Source of the DNA: Octopus vulgaris
Lineage: Eukaryota
DNA: 64,000 bases
Direction: 5' to 3'
Assembly (NCBI GenBank): GCA_951406725.2
Contig: OX597814.1
Span: forward strand, 173,042,001 to 173,106,000
Shown: piece after piece, positions 55,417 to 64,000 of the stretch
How the letters are laid out: every line of letters begins with the position of its first letter
Position numbering within the stretch: the first letter of the stretch is position 1
Program-made: the position numbers and the translations under genes
The notes under the pieces: model-generated
Databases searched by the model: none
What the model saw: the letters and a program-made list of their open reading frames with translations, nothing else
What the model was told of the DNA's origin: nothing

Positions 55417-57061
55417 ATCATTCATATTCAACTGTTGCTAATATATTCTTAGGATAACGGTCAAAGGGTGTATCGAGTTTAGATTTTATAGTTGAATAAA
55501 TGAACGCATTTATATTCAAATATACCTGCTACAAAATATACATGATTTTCTCAAGATGAAAGTTAATGAGAAAATAGAAAATAAAATGATAAAATGATTG
55601 TATGTATATATGTGCTTCGCTGTTAAGCTTAGAGGAAAAAGTGGGAAGTGATGTAGTGAAGATGCAGGAATTGGAAGGCATACAATTGAAGTTGAATTCG
55701 AAATTTAAAATAAAGCATTTACATGTAAGTCAGATAAGTACGTTCGTGTGTTTTAATAAGGACTGTACGAAAAATATTATCTAATTAAATGTTGACGTGT
55801 GGTTCTATAAAATTCGATAGGTACTGAAAAAAGAAGACAGGGAAACGTTTAATTATTATTTTGAAGGTGAAATAATTCGTGAGTTTTTAAAAGGAATCAG
55901 AAATATGACACGGGAAATAGCATTAAAGCTATGAAAAAGATTTCAGAAGCTGAAGCGAAGTAAGTTAACTAGATTAAATCAAATTAACTTTAATTAATTA
56001 AATAAATAAGTGGAACTTAAATACTAATGCGGTATTAAAAGGAACAATTAACAGAATAAATAAAACAATATTAAAACCCTTAGATCTAAAAGAGAATTGT
56101 GCTATATAGATTAATTTAGATTAAGTCTAATAAATTAAATAAACGAAAAATGCTTACTATATTAAAATAAGAGTAAGAACAGAGATAGCGAAGATTTAGA
56201 AAATTTAAGAGATTAAAGTATAGAAGGAGAAAATTTTGATGTAAAGCATCACGTAATAAATTAAGCTATTAGTAAATGGGTTCTAACACATATCTAGATA
56301 AGTGTAAGTGAAATGAAATATAGATATCGACTAGTTAATTGAATAGATATTTAACAAATTGACTAATAATGAAGAAGTGGAATTAAACATGTGTGTTTTA
56401 TTATAATTAGTGTAGTGTCTCTCCCAAAACACCACAAAATTTCTTTCAATACTCGAATTCACATCAAGAATCTTACAAACCAAATAAAAAACAAAATATA
56501 AATAACTATAAGAATGAAAATATAAAACAAATAAAAATTAAGATACACAGCCTAAAGGTGGAATTGTATAGCTATTGCATTCAGGCTAATTTCAGTTTTT
56601 AAATATGGACAAAGTGTAATATAAAAGTAGGAAAATCAAACTTTATACGGTGAAAATATACGACTGAAGGAAAATGTACAAAAATATTATATAAGTGTAT
56701 TTTTATTAAATTATTACAAAAGTTAAATATAGCTCATGTAAAAATATTTAAAATAAGAGTAACAATTTTAGGATCTGAAAAGGATCCAATACCAAAATAT
56801 GAAAATTTAGAAGACAGTGCATGATAAGTATAAGTATGTAACCGGTTACCTATATGTTAATATTCTGGGTTTGTAGAGGATGCAGGTATTTGGAAACGTA
56901 TGAGCACAAAATGAAATCTTTTCATTATACGAAGGATGTATCATTTAGGAAGTAGATAGATAAACTCTCCATAAAGCTTAAATTGTACGATCAGTCCTTC
57001 CCGATATTTCTACTTAGTTATAGCGATATGCCAATATCTCTAATTAGTTCTTGATGCGTTA

Positions 57062-57278
57062 CTCTCTTTTTCTCTTTTACTCTTTTACTTGTTTCAGTCA
57101 TTTGACTGCGGCCATGCTGGAGCACCGCCTTTAGTCGAGCAAATCGACCCCCGGACTTATTCTTTGTAAGCCCAGTACTTATTCTATCGGTCTCTTTTGC
57201 CGAACATAAGTGACGGGGACGTAAACACACCAGCATCGGTTGTCAAGTAATGCTAGGGGGACAAACACAGACACACAA

Positions 57279-57309
<31 letters not shown>

Positions 57310-57480
57310 CATATATACGACAGGCTTCTTTCAGTTTCCGTCTACCAAATCTACTCACAAGGCATTGGTCGGCCCGGGGCTATAGCAGAAGACACTTGCC
57401 CAAGATGCCACGCAGTGGGACTGAACCCGGAACCATGTGGTTGGTTAGCAAGCTACTTACCACACAGTCACTCCTGCGCC
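57062..57480 (-). mobile_element. SINE family B, full length, with a short duplication of the head end (57481-57500)
   Basis: Full homology; cactcctgcgcctat occurs twice. Confidence 0.92.
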
Positions 57481-58060
57481 TATAGCCACTCCTGCGCCTA
57501 TTATTATTGTTATTATTCTTTCCCTTTAATTCTTAAAAGCAATTTCGGTAAGGGTTATTAGAATGTGATTATTAGAAGGAATTTAAAAACGGTCAGAGTT
57601 AATCATATATATGTGAATAATTAAATATTTGTGACAACATTGGCTCGGTGAAATATTTCGCTCTCTTATACATGTAGATTCTAAAGTGCGAGTATTTTCG
57701 TTTATAGACTGAGGTCTGCTTCAACTTGCCATACTTTAAAAAAGTACAACCTTCCAAGCAGTTTCAGCTTCCAACATATTCTTCTCACTCCCACCAAGTG
57801 AATGGAAAAAAGCTATTTAAAAATCAACACTTTCATCACATTGAATTAAATTTTCCTCCCTGTTATTGATCATATTTACATTTCCGTAGAGACAGACCTG
57901 ACGAGTGACTTAATATCATTTGTACCACACAATTACTACTCGGTGTTCCTCATCAGTAGTGTCTTATCCTTGAAATCTTTAAGACAAACAATGTAGTTAC
58001 ATATAAGCAAAGCCTTCGAACGTATCTTAAAATCTCTCAGATTGTCCGCATACAGACTTC

Positions 58061-58214
58061 ACATCAAGAATCTTACAAACCAAATGCAAAAACAGAATAT
58101 AAATAACTATAAGAATGAAAATATAAAACAAATAGAAATTAAAATACACAGCCTAAAGGTGGAATTGTATAGCTATTGCATTCAGGCTAATTTCAGTTTT
58201 TAAATATGGTCAAA
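58061..58214 (+). repeat. Copy of 56461-56613 flanked by a 13-bp direct repeat
   Basis: gcatac(a/g)gacttc at 58048-58060 and 58215-58227. Confidence 0.9.
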
Positions 58215-58259
58215 GCATACGGACTTCGTCTGTTTCTCACATCGCAGCTCTGCAATGTG

Positions 58260-58600
58260 TGCCAACAGGTTTTCCATACTTATACTCTACTAACATTGGT
58301 GTACTTCAAAGTTCTGTACCCTCTTTCTTCCGTACACTAGTTACATACTTCCTGCCACATCAAATAATCACATCCTTGCCGATGATGATGATGATTTCAT
58401 TCCTTCTCACCCTTCAGTCATCAGGCATCATCCATAAAACCGAAATACCTTACGCAAGATAGTCATTGATTTCATGAAAAATTACCTGTAATTAGCACAT
58501 AGCACTGTCTCTCAACAGATCGAAGATTCAATTGCAAGGGAACAGTTTAGTTATTCTCCTCCTTTGACTAGGAATAACACATAATTATTCCCAGCCACCA
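58260..58600 (+). mobile_element. Decayed non-LTR RT fragment (L2/CR1-like)
   Basis: TNIGVLQSSVPS..RTLVT (GVPQGSVLSP motif) followed by LADD (about 58375). Confidence 0.5.
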
Positions 58601-59204
58601 CGAATTCTAACGCAGCATTGGTAACTCATGATACCTCACTGTAATGCTAGTATTTCATCCCATTTTGGAGCCAGAAAATAATTCAACCTTTCTCTATTCC
58701 TCACTCTCCATATAGCTTAAATATATCCCAGATGAGTGCACTGCATACAAATATAGGGCAGCCATACAACTGCTTCTTATACAAACATGCTATACAGCAT
58801 TCAAAAGAGGGCCTTTCGACAATTAACAAGGGTTAACTTCCCAGTCCCATTCAATTACTCGTTTATAGACATTGTTTTTTCTTGAACTGCAACCATATCG
58901 ATGACAACTATTACACCCCCAGAAAAATTTATTTAAATGTAGGGCCGCCTCACTGAGTAAATATAAAATTTTCACTTATTATTCTTTAAATTTCATTTTG
59001 CAATGTCAATAAGAGACTGCGATTGAGAGGTGCTAATCGTTATCAACTAACCAAAAGCAGAGTAGATATACATTACAATACATTTGTGTTATATATACAT
59101 TTGGGAAGATAATAGACGCCACACTGTCTCATTCTACCACTATCAATCTTTGCCTGTTGGAAATCGTTAGTGTGAAGTTTCAAACTGCGATTCGTTAGTG
59201 TCTC

Positions 59205-61842
<2,638 letters not shown>

Positions 61843-62309
61843 TATGTGTGTTGAATTGTGTCAGATGTATCAGGTTGAAGTACTCAATACAAGTTGTATA
61901 ATACATGATTCCTTTAAATTGAATATTCATGTCGCGATTCGAGATTCACACCAGAACGATCTTGAGGCTAGAACTTTTACACGTGGGCTCTGTGGTTAAA
62001 TTACATTTGTTTCTGATGGCACTATTAACAAACACAAGTATTCGCACCCACACCACGGAATGGACATAATTTACCAAACTGATTTATGAAAGTTCTTACT
62101 TGAAGATCAAAGTGGTTTGAAGTTTGCGATGGAAAAATAAATATATGTTTACATAAGCAATAACTCACCACACACCCACCCAACAGTTTTACGGTCGTGA
62201 AACCAGGATTTTCTACACTTTTGGTATTAGTTTGGAATCCGACAGTGTGTTGATAGCCCAGAATTCGGGATGAGTGCTTCTCTGGAAATAACCCACCTTT
62301 ATACCAAGA

Positions 62310-62360
<51 letters not shown>

Positions 62361-62505
62361 ATATATCAAGAAGGCAGCTATAGTTTTATCATTTCAACTT
62401 TAGCATTTTGCTTGAGTCAGCCTTAAATTCATTTGGTAGGTATATATAGATATAGGTATGTATGTATATATATATACAGAGACAAACAGACAGACAGACA
62501 GATAA

Positions 62506-62600
<95 letters not shown>

Positions 62601-62715
62601 CGCACCTTCCTTCCAATCACTGCTGTAAACAGCGGAAGTGAGCTAGAACGTTAAAACTCTGAACAGAGTAGAGTTCATCTGTGTCAAGCAATTTCAATCT
62701 GCGTGCTTCAACTTT

Positions 62716-62729
62716 GTTGCTATGGCAAC
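62716..62729. promoter_or_regulatory. Candidate RFX X-box
   Basis: GTTGCTATGGCAAC, one mismatch from the palindrome GTTGCCATGGCAAC. Confidence 0.35.
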
Positions 62730-62754
62730 AGTCCGGATTCTTATTGATCAGGCC

Positions 62755-62939
62755 TTTTACCTGTTTCAACCATTGGACTTCGGCCAAGCTAAGAAACTGT
62801 TCTGAATCAACTTAAGTACGTATTTTTTAAAACCTGGTACTTATTCTATGGTTTCTTATACAATAACGCGAAGTTACGGCGATATAAATACACCAGCAAC
62901 GACAATCATGCGGTGATGGGGGACAAACAAAAACACAAA

Positions 62940-63015
<76 letters not shown>

Positions 63016-63192
63016 TACAAGTATGTATACGACAGGCTTATTTCAGAGTCCGTCTACTAAATTCGTATACATGGTTTTGATCGGCCTTGGCCTATAGCAA
63101 AAGATACTCACCGAAGGTACCACGCAGTGGACTAAACCCGGAACTATGTGATTGGGACGGAAACTTCTTTCCACATAGCCACGCCTACACCT
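62755..63192 (-). mobile_element. SINE family B, diverged
   Basis: Tail, internal (CA)n and head all recognisable. Confidence 0.85.
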
Positions 63193-63682
63193 GTGTATAA
63201 ATTGTACACGTTAAATATGTATAAATTAGCATACTTCTACATAGTGTATTTTATACCAGTGGTCGGTGTTTTGTATCTATATGTCTATACTCACCTTTTA
63301 TACATTTCATTGCTTTGTAATTTTTTAAATATATCTCTAATTTGCCAACAGTTTTCATTTTGTTTTTAATTTTATGAATATCCGCAATTTGCATTTATAC
63401 ATTTCTAGTTTTCTATGCTTTACTGCCCATTATTTCTATAGATTTTATATCCACTTTAATACAAGTTTTGCCATTTAAATTTGCGTGGTGTATTCTTAAA
63501 TATAGCCACGAAACACGTGTCGTTATTCTACAAATTATATATGTTATTATTATTTTTTTTTGCAATTTACTTAATCAATGACATTTTATTGTTATTTTAA
63601 TTTTAATATTTCTATTATATGTAATTTTCTAGATGGTGTAATTTAATTTTTCATTTTGTATTGATAAAAGGTGTTTCTTTTC

Positions 63683-63776
<94 letters not shown>

Positions 63777-63805
63777 ATAAATGTGTGTGCGCGTGTATGT
63801 ATGAA

Positions 63806-64000
63806 TACGGGGAGATACTGTTTAGTTCCTGGCTTTAAGGGTATCGTGAAAGGGTATCGTGATTGGACACCAAAACTTCCGTGTTCTTTTACTGCGCTTA
63901 GAAAAACTGAAGGAAATCTGCAATAAGTGTGTGAATCTGAGAGGGGAATGTGACTAATAAAATCAGAATTTACTGATCCTCCTGTATCTTCTTTTACTCA
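63806..64000 (+). mobile_element. Mariner-derived MITE, same family as 1-130; runs off the window
   Basis: TA|cggggag...agttcctggc start; EKLKEICNKCVNLRGECD* remnant. Confidence 0.65.

Noticed and set aside
63484-63525. GAAACACGTGTC with an upstream stem (3' half of a hammerhead)
   Set aside because: No CUGANGA core upstream; at best a heavily decayed remnant

Overview
This is AT-rich, extremely microsatellite-rich animal DNA, intergenic or deep intronic. The tRNA-derived SINE repertoire looks like that of octopus (recognised from memory, not confirmed by search). I find no intact host protein-coding gene, rRNA, true tRNA or CRISPR array. Almost all ORFs in the track are (TA)n/(CA)n/(GATA)n/(TTC)n artefacts. 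The few real coding remnants come from transposons: R4/Dong-clade N-terminal and RLE domains, a CR1/L2-group ORF2 C-terminus, an RTE-type C2H2 tail, a Penelope motif, mariner ends and several decayed RTs. The window is a mosaic of at least 4 SINE families, non-autonomous Helitrons, a Helentron-like element and MITEs. The most notable items are: (1) several minimal Penelope-type hammerhead ribozyme motifs on short non-coding elements, one nearly canonical; (2) two unrelated GG-ended MITEs with 8-9 bp TSDs that both carry TTAGGG telomeric repeats; (3) a SINE that repeatedly inserted as a head-to-tail dimer with an identical junction; (4) locally templated insertions; (5) Dong-like elements clustered in TAA/TAG microsatellites. 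None is demonstrably a new biological system; all are testable candidates.
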